Positions 39,201-51,600 are shown, numbered from the stretch's first letter. The stretch: 64,000 nucleotides of DNA from Callorhinchus milii (GCF_018977255.1 NW_024704743.1:109246001-109310000), one strand, 5' to 3'. Notes: generated by a model not told the origin, from the letters alone. A program made the numbers and translations.

Positions 39201-42200
39201 TGCGCATCACTTTTTTTCCTTGATCCCAAGTAAATCAAACATTCCTGGGAATAACCCTGACGAATGGCAGATTAAGAATTTCAGCATCGTTTTTTTCCCC
39301 ATCTTTTACCTTTAGAGGAAAACTATGGCCAAGTGAAAAATAGCAACACCAAAGAGAACTCCATCAAGAAAGCAGACAGCAGACAGCCTGTGGGGTCGCT
39401 CCAGCCTGCCCAAGGTAGTCACCTTGGGCAGGCTGGAGCGACCCCACAGGCTGTCTGCAAAGCAGTAAGACGGAGCACCTCAATGTTTGAGGTAAGCTTT
39501 TGCAACAAAATGCAACAAGTTTTGAATTTGTCCTGCGGTTATTTAGCTCAGGGAGGACAAACATAATAACAGATAAAAGACAATATAATGTAAATATTTC
39601 TAAAACGTTGGAGCAGAAACTTAAAAAAGGTAAAAAGCTTAAAAACATTTACTTGTATATCAATATTTAAATCACACACAATAACACTACTGTGCGCCAT
39701 TGTTTGCCGTGTTTCACCCAAAAATATACAGTCAATTCACTTTGCAATATATTGTGTGAAGCGTGAAGCGTTTTGAGACGTTTTGAAGACGTGATAAGGC
39801 GCGATATCAAATGGAAGGATTATTATAAAAACTTGCATCTTATATAAGTGTCGTTCATGCAGGAAAGTGTGTCTTGGGGAGCTGCGTGGTTTGGTTTTTG
39901 TTTGGTCAGCCGGATGCAGAAACTCATCACCGTGCTTAAGAGTATCCAAACCAAACTCAGAATTCCATGCATCCCACCTATACATAGAAAGCCCAGAGAT
40001 AGATTGTTGAAATGGAATGCAAACTCTCTCCCCGGAGTGACGCAATCTGCTTACCTGATTCCAGAAAGTCCTAGGCGCAGGTTGGCAAAAGCCAAGGCTT
40101 GGGGACCCCAGAGTGTGAATTGGGGTAACTGCTGGAATCTAACCAGCACTGCACAATGGCGGGTTTCGACGCTAAGCAAGCGAAAGGGGAAAGGGGAGGT
40201 GACCAAAGGCACGGTCGAAGACGTAGGTCTTGGATGGGATTCTCTGCTATTCTCAGTTGTGAGCCATGCGTTACGGGAATGTGGAGAATCTCACTTGGTA
40301 ATATTGGGGTTTGATTTGCACAGAACAGATGGGAAGTGTAATCATTTGTTTAATTTCCAATATCTGTGAAACAGCAAAACCTGTCAAATTGCAAAACAAA
40401 AATGGGCCAAAGAGACAAGTGTAGCCTCTTCCCACAATACACAGTCTTCCAAAAGAAATTAAGCTCCAGTGAAACAGTGAAATCTCAGGTCTGAACTGAA
40501 GCCTCACCATTCCTACCTGTCCTACAGATGAAGTATTAAAACTGAGGATCTGACTATCTGTTCATTCGATGTTAAAGATCCTGAACAACAATCCTCCCCA
40601 GACAAAAATGACCATTCGCTGCATGGCTGTTTTGGGACATTGTTGTGCGCAAATGGACTGCCATGTTCACCTACAAAGTACGCAATTGGCACACTTTACA
40701 GTAAGTCATGTGAAGAGCTTTGCGACGTCTCAAGAACATATTAAGATGCTATATCAAACGTAAGGATTATTATTATGTGCCATACAGGGGATTCCCTGGA
40801 AAGAATACTGTTTATGTCACAGGCATTTCCCCCGCAGTCACAACTCTCTTCTTTGTAAAATAATCAAGTGGAGAGCTGCCTTCTGGAGCTTCGATTAATA
40901 TCTTATACCTGGTACCTTAACAGCACTCCAACCCCAAGCTCGAATCCATCTTTATTCCACGCACACGGTAACACACACTTTCCAGCAGGGGTCACCAGAC
41001 AGCGATCATGAACTGTATTGAAGGGGAGCTGAGAATCTTGTCTGTTTTAATTAGTGAACCACTCTTCTCAAAAAGCAAGTGAGCTGTCAGTACGTGCAGT
41101 AGCAGCCCATGCTGTTAGAGGTCGCTGTCAGGTTCTGTTTGCTATTACATTCCGGCTTTTTATACCAAAGTACAAAGCCGCTCTCTTTAGATGCTGGATT
41201 GGAAATCATACTAACACCACAGAGAAACAAAAACATACAAAAAATGTGCAGCATGTGCGAACAAACATTAACTCACTTAAACAAATACATTTCAAAGCGT
41301 GACTTAGGATAAAATATTTCCTGTGCATTCCCCACCTCCCCACTCCTTTCATGATCAGCAACCGAAACAGATGTGCCCTACAACTATAAGGTGAAGCAGT
41401 ATTTAAAACTTGCAGTTGAGGTAGAATACTTTTTAATTCCTTCAAAATAAATAATAATAATTTGGTCGCCTTAATCCACGACTGTTTGTGGGACACTGCT
41501 GTGCGCAATTTGCTGCCGCGTTTCGCCCACAAAATACAGTCAACTCATTTCACAGTATATTCTGTGAAGCGCTTTGAGACGTCTCAACGACGTGTTAAGG
41601 TGCTGTATCAAACACTGCGATTATTATTATTTAAAGTGTGAGGGTAATGATGGGGGAAATCTTGGCTTCATCAGCGACTAGAGCAAACATAAGTGTGCAC
41701 TAGAAATGGTTACAAGGTTATCTTATTCTGGTTGTTTTTTCTCTAAGAAATCGCAAGCCTTGCCAGTCATCCACGCTTCATTCAGACCAGGTCTGATTCC
41801 TGAGCCTAGTCCAGATGTCTCTCCTTCAGCGAGAGGGTAAGTTCTTTACACTCCGTCTCATCGCAGCCTCTTCTTTCCGATCACAGCTGTGCCTAACTGT
41901 AGGGAGATTGTTGCTGGGCGAAGACCGTCTGCCAGACACTCGGCAGGGGATTAGCAATGCGGCAGGTGGTACAAGTCAGGGGTCATCTGTTTTACTACAT
42001 GACAGCGTCAACTGCAATTACCCTTCCTGGACAATGAGCCCTCATTTAACACAGTGCACAAACAAGCACTTTCTAAAACACATGTCTGCTCCTTTGTGTT
42101 GGGACAGGGTGGCCAGCTATTGGCTTTTACCAAAAGCACTCAAATATTTGCGCTATAAAACAGGACAGTTCTGTATAGCTACAATGTTAAAACAGACTTG

Positions 42201-44359
42201 CTTGTTAAGTCTTTGAGGGGCTGAGTTTCTTCAGTACACAGGACCAGCTTTGAAGCTTTCAAAACCATATTCTTTTTCCCTCATCCACTGGAGACCTGGT
42301 GAAGTGGAAAATAAAGAATCAGCAAACTTTTATTACAACTATTCGATGTTTTTAAAATCTTTTTTTCCCTGTTTTTCTCACCTTTCCCATGCATCCTCTC
42401 TCAATAATAATAATCCTTCCATTTGGTATAGTGCCTTTCACCTCAGTTGGATGTCGGGAACAGCTTCACAGGATATATTCTAAAGTGAAGTGACTCTGTT
42501 TTGTGGGTGATTTTAACAATCGCCCTCCCACCTCCCAAAGTGGGTCAGAGAGAGTGATCCCGTGGCTCCAATGTAGAGTAGACAAAGTATATTCCAACCA
42601 AGGGCAAGTCAGACAAATGCTGGTTGTTTACTCCTATTCCATGTGAGGTGGAGAGAGCCTGACCATCACAAGGTCCCCACTATGACGGCTTGGTTGAGGC
42701 AGCATGTAGGAGAAGGAGGGCACAGGGTAGGTCTCACAACATTTTACCATTTGATGAATCCGCCGACAGAGAGATTTTGTTCCCAATGGAACAGTTGTTC
42801 TTGACACATTCTACAACTTAGAAAGGTTTTAGCTGGTTAGACTCCAGCAGGACTCCAACACACAATCTGGGGTCCCCATGCCTTATCTTTCGCCAACTTG
42901 AGCCTAATACTATCCAGAATTAGGTAAGCAGGACCTAAGCTGCAGACTCAGACACAGGGAAATTTCCATGCGTAGGTTAAACTCTCAATGTAGTTTGGAT
43001 ACTCTTAAGCATGAAAGGGTGTCTCCATGTTGACAAAGCCTGTTACCAGTAAATGAATTGGAATGAATGCCTTTGAAGTGTAATTAAGATATTTAGTCAC
43101 TATCTAAACCTAACAATGGTTAAGAGTTTTATCTCTGGAACTATCAAGTTACATGACACTGTGAAGTACTTTTCACTGTTAGTGGGTTGTAATGTAATTA
43201 CACCAGTAATTTGATCACAATACTAACATAAAAAACTATTTCTCTCAAGTTTTAGCAAATTGCTGTTTGGAATATTTGCAATATATTTTATTTAATACTC
43301 CATTAATTTATTTATTTATTTATTTAATAGTTTACAAATCATAATCATGACTAAGTGTAGACTTAGAATAACTTCAAGCATTATTTGATTAGTAGCTAAA
43401 TCAGAAATTATATGAATTGACTTTAATTCATATAAACTTGGTCACAAGCCATTCCAGAAACTGCTTCCCTGTACAAAAAAAGCACAGATTATTTCCCTAT
43501 TTGAATAAAAAAATCACTACATTTTATAACAACCAACAACAACAAAATTACATTTGTAAAGTGCCTTACACGTCAGCAGGAAGTCCCAAGGCGCTGGACA
43601 TGCTATAACATGATAAGGTGCTACAGTCCAGCACTCCGAGACATTATCCCACGTGCCTGGTGTTATATAAATGCAAGTTAATGCTGTTGTACAGTATTTC
43701 TTTCAATTATCTTGTAAAATAACCCAAATTAATATTATTAACGTTAATAATATTAATTATTATTAAAATAATAATAACAATAACAATAATACTTGTTGCA
43801 TTTGATATGGTGCCTTTCAAACTGAGAGAACTTCTAAAAGTGCTTCACAAAATGTAGTGATTGCATTTTGTAAGTGTACGCAGAAGCCAATTTGCACACA
43901 GTAATATCCCACTAACAGCCATGAGATGAATGATGAATTTTATATGGGGAAAATGGAACCTGAACATGCAGACAAGACTTCAATTTAGTGTGTCATCTGA
44001 AGGATGGCACCTCCAACAATACAACACTCCAGTATTGTATCAGAGTATAAAATATTCTACGCTATTAGAATTATGGGTTCCATTTTTAAATACAGTCAAT
44101 AACAATGAGGAGTTGAACAGTTTAAGCGAAACAAGCTAAAACAGAAGTACAAAGGTCATGGTTGACACATATTTTTTTCAGGCAAAACAGGAAGAATGCC
44201 AAGCAGTACCCAGTCCTGGCTCTAGGACCAGATGCCACCGTACCACTGACAGAAAACCCACCGCACACAACCCGAAGCATCCTTGGCAGGATCATAATGA
44301 AAAGCAAGAAGAAGTCGCCATGTTCAGGGGCAACAAATAATGCGTTTGAACCAGACTGA
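30209..44359 (+). CDS. VXN: Vexin (C8orf46 homolog), SH3-containing form; 6 coding exons, about 233-247 aa depending on donor choice
   Basis: Join 30209-30275 (or -30290), 30481-30536, 37999-38161, 39316-39491 (or -39464), 41748-41836, 44182-44359; phases 1,0,1,0,2 are consistent. N-terminus MHQVFSCSDDRLQVFTTV and C-terminus KKKSPCSGATNNAFEPD resemble human MHQIYSCSDENIEVFTTV and KKKSEYVGATNSAFEAD (recalled); position after ADHFE1 is syntenic. Confidence 0.9.
30481..30536 (+). CDS. VXN: VXN exon 2 (GSAARSKQSDFTPVRHKT)
   Basis: cacag| acceptor (NAGNAG), ACG|gtaag donor; phase 1 to 0. Confidence 0.82.
30865..31320 (-). mobile_element. L2 3' fragment in VXN intron 2; comparable fragments at ~10120-10400(+), 12230-12510(-), 14700-14945(+), 38610-39110(-), 47820-48330(-), 54210-54562(+) and 55705-56030(-)
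   Basis: LWNSLPQSL...LKTFLF translation and AAC-repeat tail; boundaries approximate. Confidence 0.8.
32053..32250. mobile_element. Palindromic Penelope-like non-autonomous element: 63-bp inverted repeats around a 35-nt spacer
   Basis: Arms 32053-32115 and 32151-32213 match at 62/63 positions; CTCAGCAGGTCAGGCAGCATCT resembles the abundant chondrichthyan Penelope-associated repeat (recalled, not searched). Confidence 0.7.
33970..34362 (+). mobile_element. Young L2 3' fragment, same family as 18643-21225, nested in an older L2 remnant
   Basis: Near-identical to about 20835-21225 including the (TTG)n tail. Confidence 0.9.
37702..37760 (+). repeat. (GA)n-rich microsatellite
   Basis: Read directly. 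Confidence 0.85.
37999..38161 (+). CDS. VXN: VXN exon 3, SH3 domain (VVVECDYYPHWSDELILCQGDLIQVLYKDDEVWWFGRLENGQQGYFPSTYVSKH)
   Basis: ttgcag| acceptor, A|gtaagt donor; SH3 hallmarks DY, EL...GD, WW.G and G.FP..YV. Confidence 0.93.
39316..39491 (+). CDS. VXN: VXN exon 4 (contains an 80-nt perfect hairpin); donors after 39464 and 39491
   Basis: tttag| acceptor, open frame ENYGQVKNSNTKENSIKKADSRQPVG...STSMFE; GCA|gtaaga and GAG|gtaagc donors, both phase 0. Confidence 0.75.
39379..39458. repeat. Perfect inverted repeat: 38-bp arms with a 4-nt loop (AGTC), inside VXN exon 4
   Basis: 39379-39416 GCAGACAGCCTGTGGGGTCGCTCCAGCCTGCCCAAGGT is the exact reverse complement of 39421-39458. Confidence 0.97.
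41748..41836 (+). CDS. VXN: VXN exon 5 (KSQALPVIHASFRPGLIPEPSPDVSPSAR)
   Basis: Polypyrimidine tract with ctaag| acceptor and GG|gtaagt donor; supplies the phase 0-to-2 link needed between exon 4 and the last exon. Confidence 0.72.
43727..43758. repeat. Perfect 32-bp AT-rich palindrome with no spacer
   Basis: AATTAATATTATTAAC|GTTAATAATATTAATT. Confidence 0.95.
44182..44359 (+). CDS. VXN: VXN last coding exon (QNRKNAKQYPVLALGPDATVPLT...GATNNAFEPD*)
   Basis: ttttttcag| acceptor; conserved vexin C-terminus; TGA ends at 44359. Confidence 0.92.
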
Positions 44360-44497
44360 GGAGCTTGCTTAGGCCACAGTGGGGATTCAGTTCTGTTCAG
44401 TCAACCCTAATGTTTCCAAGTGTAAAGAAAATCATATTTTGAGTAATCACTTAGCCTGGGTAAATGCATAATACTCAGGAGGAAAATACTACTTTAA

Positions 44498-44698
44498 AAT
44501 AAACAATAACGCAACAACTTGTGCTTTTTTAAATTGAGTTTGTAACACTTGTTGTCTCAGTGACCAGTGCTAGTACTGTTTGGGATTGTAATGTTGGACT
44601 ATGCTGCTGTGAACTTTAGAACAAATCTTTTTTATTTACTCATATGAAAGTCCTATGATGTTGTTGGATGGTATAACAGTTGTTTAACAATGAATAAA
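44498..44698 (+). terminator. Candidate VXN polyadenylation signals AATAAA at 44498-44503 and 44693-44698
   Basis: Hexamers seen; each is followed by T/GT-rich sequence. Confidence 0.45.
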
Positions 44699-45036
44699 CG
44701 GTGATAGTTTTGAATGTTTCTTCTGGATTAAAAGAGATTATACAAATCTACAGTGAGCACCAAGGATTTTCCTGCATATTGTTCATGTTCGAATATCAAT
44801 ATTACAAATCCTATTGTAAACTGTAGGTCTTACATAGAGCTCAGTGATGTTTGTATTGTTCAATATTGCTTTCCCTGTGTCCACCAGCCCAGGAGAGACA
44901 AAGTTCACACTCTCGCACTCACGTCGACCACATCATTAAATCATTCTTTGGATGAGACACTAATGTTGGTCTTTTAATTCCTTTATTCCTTAAGGCGGCG
45001 TGGCTTCATGCCATCCCTTTCCCTCACATGCAATAT

Positions 45037-45685
45037 GGACTCCTGTAGCTTAGTGTTAGAGCACTTGTCTCGCAAGTGAGAGGATCTGGGTACGATTCCC
45101 GGCAGAGCGAAACATTAGGCAAGTTTCCTTACTCCACACACCTCTGTTTACATAGCAGTAAGTATGAACCTGGTTGTTAGTCGATTGGCCAATCACTTTT
45201 CTGGGGGTAATAATCCCTTCAAATTTTTTTAACAAATAAGAATTTCGTCACTCAATCCATGACTGTTTGTGGAACACTGAGGTGCACAATTGACTGCCGT
45301 GTTTCTTCCACAAAATATACAGTCAATTCACTTTATAGTAATAATAATAATAATAATCCTTGCATTTGATATAGCGCTTTTCACGTCGGGAGGACGTCCC
45401 AAAGCGCTTCACAGAACACACTGTAAAGTGAATTGACTGTATATTTGTGGGCGAACGCGGCAGCCAATTGCGCACAGCAATGTCCCACAAACAGTCGTAG
45501 ATTGAAAAATGACCAATTTAATTATTGTTTTTGGTTTTGGAGGGATTATTATTAGGCTCTGTGTGGAGTAAGGAAACTTGCCCAAGGTTTCGCCCTCTGC
45601 CTGGAATAGTATATTCTATGAAGCACTTTGAGATGTCTCAAGGATGTGACAACGCACTAGATAAAATGCAAGGATTATTATTATT
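45037..45685 (+). mobile_element. Long-form SINE (+) interrupted by an antisense 5'-truncated short-form SINE (45341-45605) with a 6-bp TSD ATAGTA
   Basis: ATAGTA at 45335-45340 and 45606-45611; the host sequence resumes after the second copy. Confidence 0.88.
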
Positions 45686-48600
45686 TTTGTTATATGTCTC
45701 TGTAGTATAACTCGATAGCATAACTAACCAAAAAAAATTCCTGACAGAGATGAAGCTTTGTGATATTAAAGTATCCAGCTGTTTAATACACTGGTCTGCG
45801 TCAGCAGTGAGATCTGTGTTTATTATTCTATAATGATCAGTGACCAGGGCCAGTTTGGTATTCAGGCTGAAATTGGTCATAGGTTTAGCCTTGAAATCAT
45901 TGTCATAAAATATAAGATTGTGCAGAATTTTTAAAAGTCGTAAATTGGAAACCAGTTTTCAACAGTTCCTGAAAAAACTACCAACTATCACCGAAATAAA
46001 ATTAATCATTTACTTCATGGCTGTTTGTAGGACATTACTGTGCGCAAATTGGTTGCAGCATTTTGCTCATAAAATAAACAAACATTACACTTTACAGTAC
46101 ATCCTTTGAAGCACTTTGAGATATCCTGATAGTGTGATAAGGCACTACATTGAATTCAAAGATTATAAGGATTATTGTAATAATAAAAGAACAAAGGTAA
46201 TGAAGCAAACACTCATATTTTCTATTCATCTATCCCCACTGCATTCTTCCCTCGAAAGTGACATATTATACTCCACCCCCTTAACAACAGTGAGGCCATC
46301 ATAAAATAAAATAAATAAAATAAAAATTGGTCATTTTCAATCTACGACTGTTTGTGGGTATTGCTGTGCGCAATTGGCTGCCGCGTTCGCCCACAAATAT
46401 ACAGTCAATTCACTTTACAGTGTGTTCTGTGAAGCGCTTTGGGACGTCCTCCCGACGCTATATCAAATGCAAGGATTATTATTATTATTATTGCATTGAC
46501 AATGAGACTTTAGGGGAGATTTTAGAAGGAATATTTTCAGATGGTTGTTACAACGTGGAATTCATTCTCACAAGTGGCTATTGAAGCTGCATCAATAGAA
46601 TCATTCAAAAGGGGATGAAACAAGTACCTGAGCACTGAGGGATATGGTGAAAGAGCTGAAAAGGGCATCTTAGAAAAATGGGGAGCAGACACAATGAGCC
46701 AAATGATAACTTCTGTTGTTATGTGTTTGTCCATCGCTGTCTGAACAGTGCTGACTTCAGATGTGGTGATTATTTGAGTTTTAGTTTACTCTGGCGCTTG
46801 AGACAATAGATACAGTGTTCGTATTGTCAAAATATAGGTCATGAAGCTTTGATATAACAAATTCCAAGGAGATACTGAGGTTGAAAGTAAACAATTGATT
46901 GCGTTGGAAGTTCCACCATAATAATAATAATCCTTGCATTGAATATAGCGCCTTATCATGTCGTTGAGACATCTCAAAGTGCTTCACAGAGTATTTTGTG
47001 AAAAGGATTGACTGTATTTTATGGACAAAACCATCTACAATCCCTTTAGATTTCAGCCAGTAAAAATCCTGTACCCATTCTGAAGACGTCGAAGTAAACC
47101 TTGCAGTGACAAAGGACATCATTCTCTCTGTCACAACCTTTACACCGTTTCCAGTCATATTTCTATTTGAAAGTAACAACACTCCAAAGATTCATGACTT
47201 CCCCCACAACATAGTTCTGGATGATCATAGGACCTGGAGGAGTTCACACATTGGGCTCTTAAAGGGGCCAACATTTCTGCAGATTAACGAGCCATCTGCC
47301 TTAATGTTAGCAAAAAAATCGTTGGCAGCAAACCAAAAAATCAATAAAGTCGATTAGTAAATTTAAAAGTGACACACGTACATCTGGACATGTAGATTAA
47401 TAAAAGGCTGGAGTGGACTACTCTTCCTTTGTTTTTCTATTGATCCAAGCTGTCAGCACTGATACCAGATTTACCTCCAGCGATGCTGCTGATGGCTGGA
47501 GCAGCACAATGTTCTTGGAGGCTATAAGACCTACCTTAAGAGATGGATTTCTCTGCAGCACATAGAAAGCTGTAGAAAATAAGGATAAGGACTTGGGATA
47601 TTTTGATCACTTGTAATTGTACTGAACTTCTCAGCCAAGCAAGTTGATCTCCACTGCTTAGCAAATTTACGACAATTGGGAAAATCCCATAATAAACTCA
47701 CATTCCACGGTGTGGTCAATCCAGAGCAAATCAGATATACTCATCTCACAATAATAATCACCCTCGCATGTGATATAGCACGTTTCAAATCAGAAGGATG
47801 TCTGAAAGCACTTCACAGGATACAAAATGACATTTGTATAGCGCTTTTCACGTCGGGAGGACGCCCCAAGGAGCTGGACAGTCGGACCCGAGCTGGGGGT
47901 TGGAATTGGGGAAAATGGAGGGCAGGGGTGGAAGGAGGGAAGGAGGGTGATCGAAGCACCATCGAAGAAGAGGATCTTGAGATGGGTCTTGAAGGAGGCA
48001 ATGGAAGGGATGAGTCAGAGTTACTGCAGGATAGAGTTTCAGAGAATGGGGCAGAGTGGTTGAAGGCCCGCCAATGGTGGGGTGGGTGAGGTGCGAGACA
48101 TGAAGCAACCCTGAGTCTGCTGAGCAGAGGGATTGGGCACGTTGGTAGGGGTTTAGGAGGTCGCATAGGTAGGGGGGAGCAAGGCCATGGAGGGCTTTGA
48201 AGGTGAGGACCAGGAACTTGAACTGTATCCTCTGTGTGATGGAAAGCTAGTGGAGTTAGGCGAGGATGTGTGTGATAGGGTCACGGAGTCTGGTGCATGA
48301 GAGGACATGGGCTGAGGAGTTCTGAATGATCTAGTGCAAAGTGTATTGTCTGCATTTTGCAGGCAAATGCAGCAGCCAATTTCCACACAGTAATATCCCA
48401 CAAACAGTCATGAAATGAATGATCAATTTTTGGGAGAAAACTGGGAGAAACTTGCTTCTTTTTAAATAGCGCCATAGAGATCTTTAACATCCATCTAAAC
48501 AGGTATTGGGACCTTGGTTTAACATCTCATCTAAAGAACAGCACCTCCAACAATGTAGAAGACCTCCAGGAATAGCCTGAAGTATCTGACTAGACAATGT

Positions 48601-51600
48601 GAGCTCAAAGTCCCAACCGGGGTCTTGAACCCACAACCTCTGGCTCAGAGGCGAGAGTGCTACCAACTAATCTGAGTTGGCAATGGTCTTGCTACTAATA
48701 ATACTTAGGCAATAATTTCTTAAAAAAATAATAATTCGGTCACTCAATCCACAACTGTTTGTGGGACACTGTTGTATGCAATTGGCTGCCGAGTTTCGCC
48801 CACAAACTATACGCACAATTCCCTTTACAGTATGTTCTGTGAAGCACTTTGAGACATCTTGAAGATGTGATAAGGCACTATATCAAATGCAAGGATGATT
48901 ATTATTATTATTACTAAGTCAAAAGGTTGTGGATTCACGCCCTTTGAGACATCCTCCTAACTTGAATGGTGGACGCTATATCAAATGTGAGGATTATTAT
49001 TTTATTTATTTATTATGGTATAAATGCGGGGTTGGGTAGCTGCAGCATTCCAATCACAGGTTTAGCAGAGAGCACCTTTGCTTGCCAGCTTGTCCCTGTT
49101 GCAGGATACTGAACGGTGAAACTGTGGAGCAAAACGATCACTTTTACTTTTTCACGCAAAACCTCACTTGACTTTGAAGCTCTGCCTTTCTCAGACTGAC
49201 CAAGAAACCAACTGCCTGTATGTGTGTGCGTGTGTGTGTATGAGAGTGTGGGTGTGAGAGTGTGTGTGAGTGTGGGTAATCTTGATCCAGATATACACAG
49301 CCTCCTCAAATGACCTCAGAACCAAAGCTGGATTCTGCCAAGAATCCCAACCCACACCAATGCCCTCGGCAGAATTGACCTGGTTTTCAAACAGTGGTGT
49401 TTACATAGCAACAAACCACAAATAGCGGCTCAGCAATGAGATCATCCGCAAACAAACAAACACTGTCTGGGCTGGGAATCAAAACTAATTCAGGAGAATC
49501 TCAAATTATTAGTGGATTAATAACATTTTCTCCTCCGCAATCTGGCTTCAGGTGAAAACCACTGACCTTATCCAGTGTTGAACACAAGGGCTGAACGTGT
49601 TATTTGTTTTAATATATACTTTTCAAACATCAACCAGGGATCTACAGTCAATTCATTTTACAGGATATTCTGTGAAGAGCTTTGAGACATCTTGAGGACA
49701 CCACTAAGACGCTATATCAAATGCAAGGATAATTATTATTATCTCTCATTTTCCCGCCCAATGCTGGACTGCGGCAGACGCTGTGCCAAAGTGTCTGTGC
49801 CAGATGATAGCTTTGTCACGTCTGTAATTGACTCCCATCTGGTGTCTGGTGCACACACAAAAGCCTGTCACTGCTGCACAAGCCTCTGAGACCCTCCCCT
49901 CCCCTCCCCTCGCCACATGCCGCTCCGCCTTTGTCCTGATCTTCACTAATTTGTAAATAAATATTAGGCTTCTGTCATTCTTTCAGTATCTGGCCTCCTG
50001 GCCGATTGAGGCTTTGTCCTTGCTTCACAGTTGAGGCCTCCCCGCTGCACTCAGCAACGATTTGACCTGCACACAGCTCTCGCCAGTGAAGCGGACAACA
50101 ATGACAGTCCATTGTTTCACCTCTTTGCCAGCGCCACTTGTTCATTTCCTGGTCTGCAGCTTGCTGTCTGCTTCATTAACATCACCGGCAAGAACGCATT
50201 TTTGGGAAGTGATCTAACTTCCTGACAAGCTCCCCTTCTCGTCGCTTGTGGTTTCTGAACAGCCCACAGTTTTTAGCTTAGCTGTTTATATAAATGTTTA
50301 TAAATGCAGTCATTTCCTCTCCAGAGCTGCAAATCACTCTCTCCACTAACACACTCTGTTGCAAAGTCTTGTATTATTTTGCTGATGTACGTAAGTATTG
50401 CTAGGTTCTACAAAACGAGCTGGCTGCCTTAAGGTTGATCTTGCAAATCCTTGTCAGGGTTTAATGTATCCTTTGATTCCGCGAACTATCTGCTGTCTCT
50501 ATGTCCAAAACGTACAATTCTCCCTCCACAGATTACAACAACAAGATTACATTTGTATAGCACCTTTCACATCGGGAGGACGTCCCAAGGAGCTGATTAT
50601 CTTTGCCTCTTCAGGTCAAACAATGAACAAATGTGAACATACAGTACTTGCACATCTAGCCTTACATGTTTGTGTCTTTCCTGTGCTCCGAACTATTCAG
50701 GAATAGATTGTCCTCCTACAAACTGCATTTATAGTTTGTATGTTACTCCTGTTACCCTGAACTGCTGAATATTGTTGTTCACATTGAATGCATTTCTTTA
50801 CTGAGTGACCTACTGTATAGAGCTACCTGTCAGCGTCATTCAGTTGGTAGCACTTTCTCTTAGTCAACTGGTTGTGGGTTCATGCTGGGACTTGAAACTC
50901 ATATCGTCTAACCTAATACTCCAATGCAGTGCTGGGGGTGCGCTGCGATATTGAAGGTGCCGTCCTTCAGATGAGATGCGAAAGCGACTTCCCGTCTGCC
51001 TGGTCAGGTGAATGTTAAAGATCCCACGGCACAAGCCTAAAAGGAAAAGGGAGTTTCTCCAGGTATCCTGGCCACCAATTCCCCAAATACAAATACAATT
51101 GATCAATACAATAATTGATCACTTGACACTAGACACAATACAATACAAAATTACATTTGTATAGCGCCTTTCATGTCAGGAGGAGGTCCCAAGGCGCTGG
51201 ACACTCAGGGATTTGGACCCATAACATTGCCACTTCATGGCTGTTTGTGGGACATTACTGTGTGGCTGCCACGTTTGTCCACAAAACACAGTCACTCCAG
51301 TTTCGGCTTATCTTGTGAAGCACTTTGGGTTGTCCTCCCAATGTGAAAGGCACTCGGATTATGATTTTTATATCTGATTTGTACTTTCAATTGTCTGGTA
51401 TGTAGTGTAAGCAGTTAATTGTAGGTACTTCAGAATTTTAAAAACAACATGTGGGTGGAGAAGAAGATAGGTTGGCTTCCTGTCTGTATGTCTACTCCAC
51501 CCAACTCTGCCCACAGTCTAACACTTCCACACCCAAGACTACAAGAGGAATACAAAGCAATGAAATACTGTACCACAAGCTGCCTACCTGCTGCTCGCCA

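Noticed and set aside
39848..40369. 173-aa ORF in VXN intron 4
   Set aside because: Runs through degenerate repeat sequence; no motif and not needed for the VXN phase chain.
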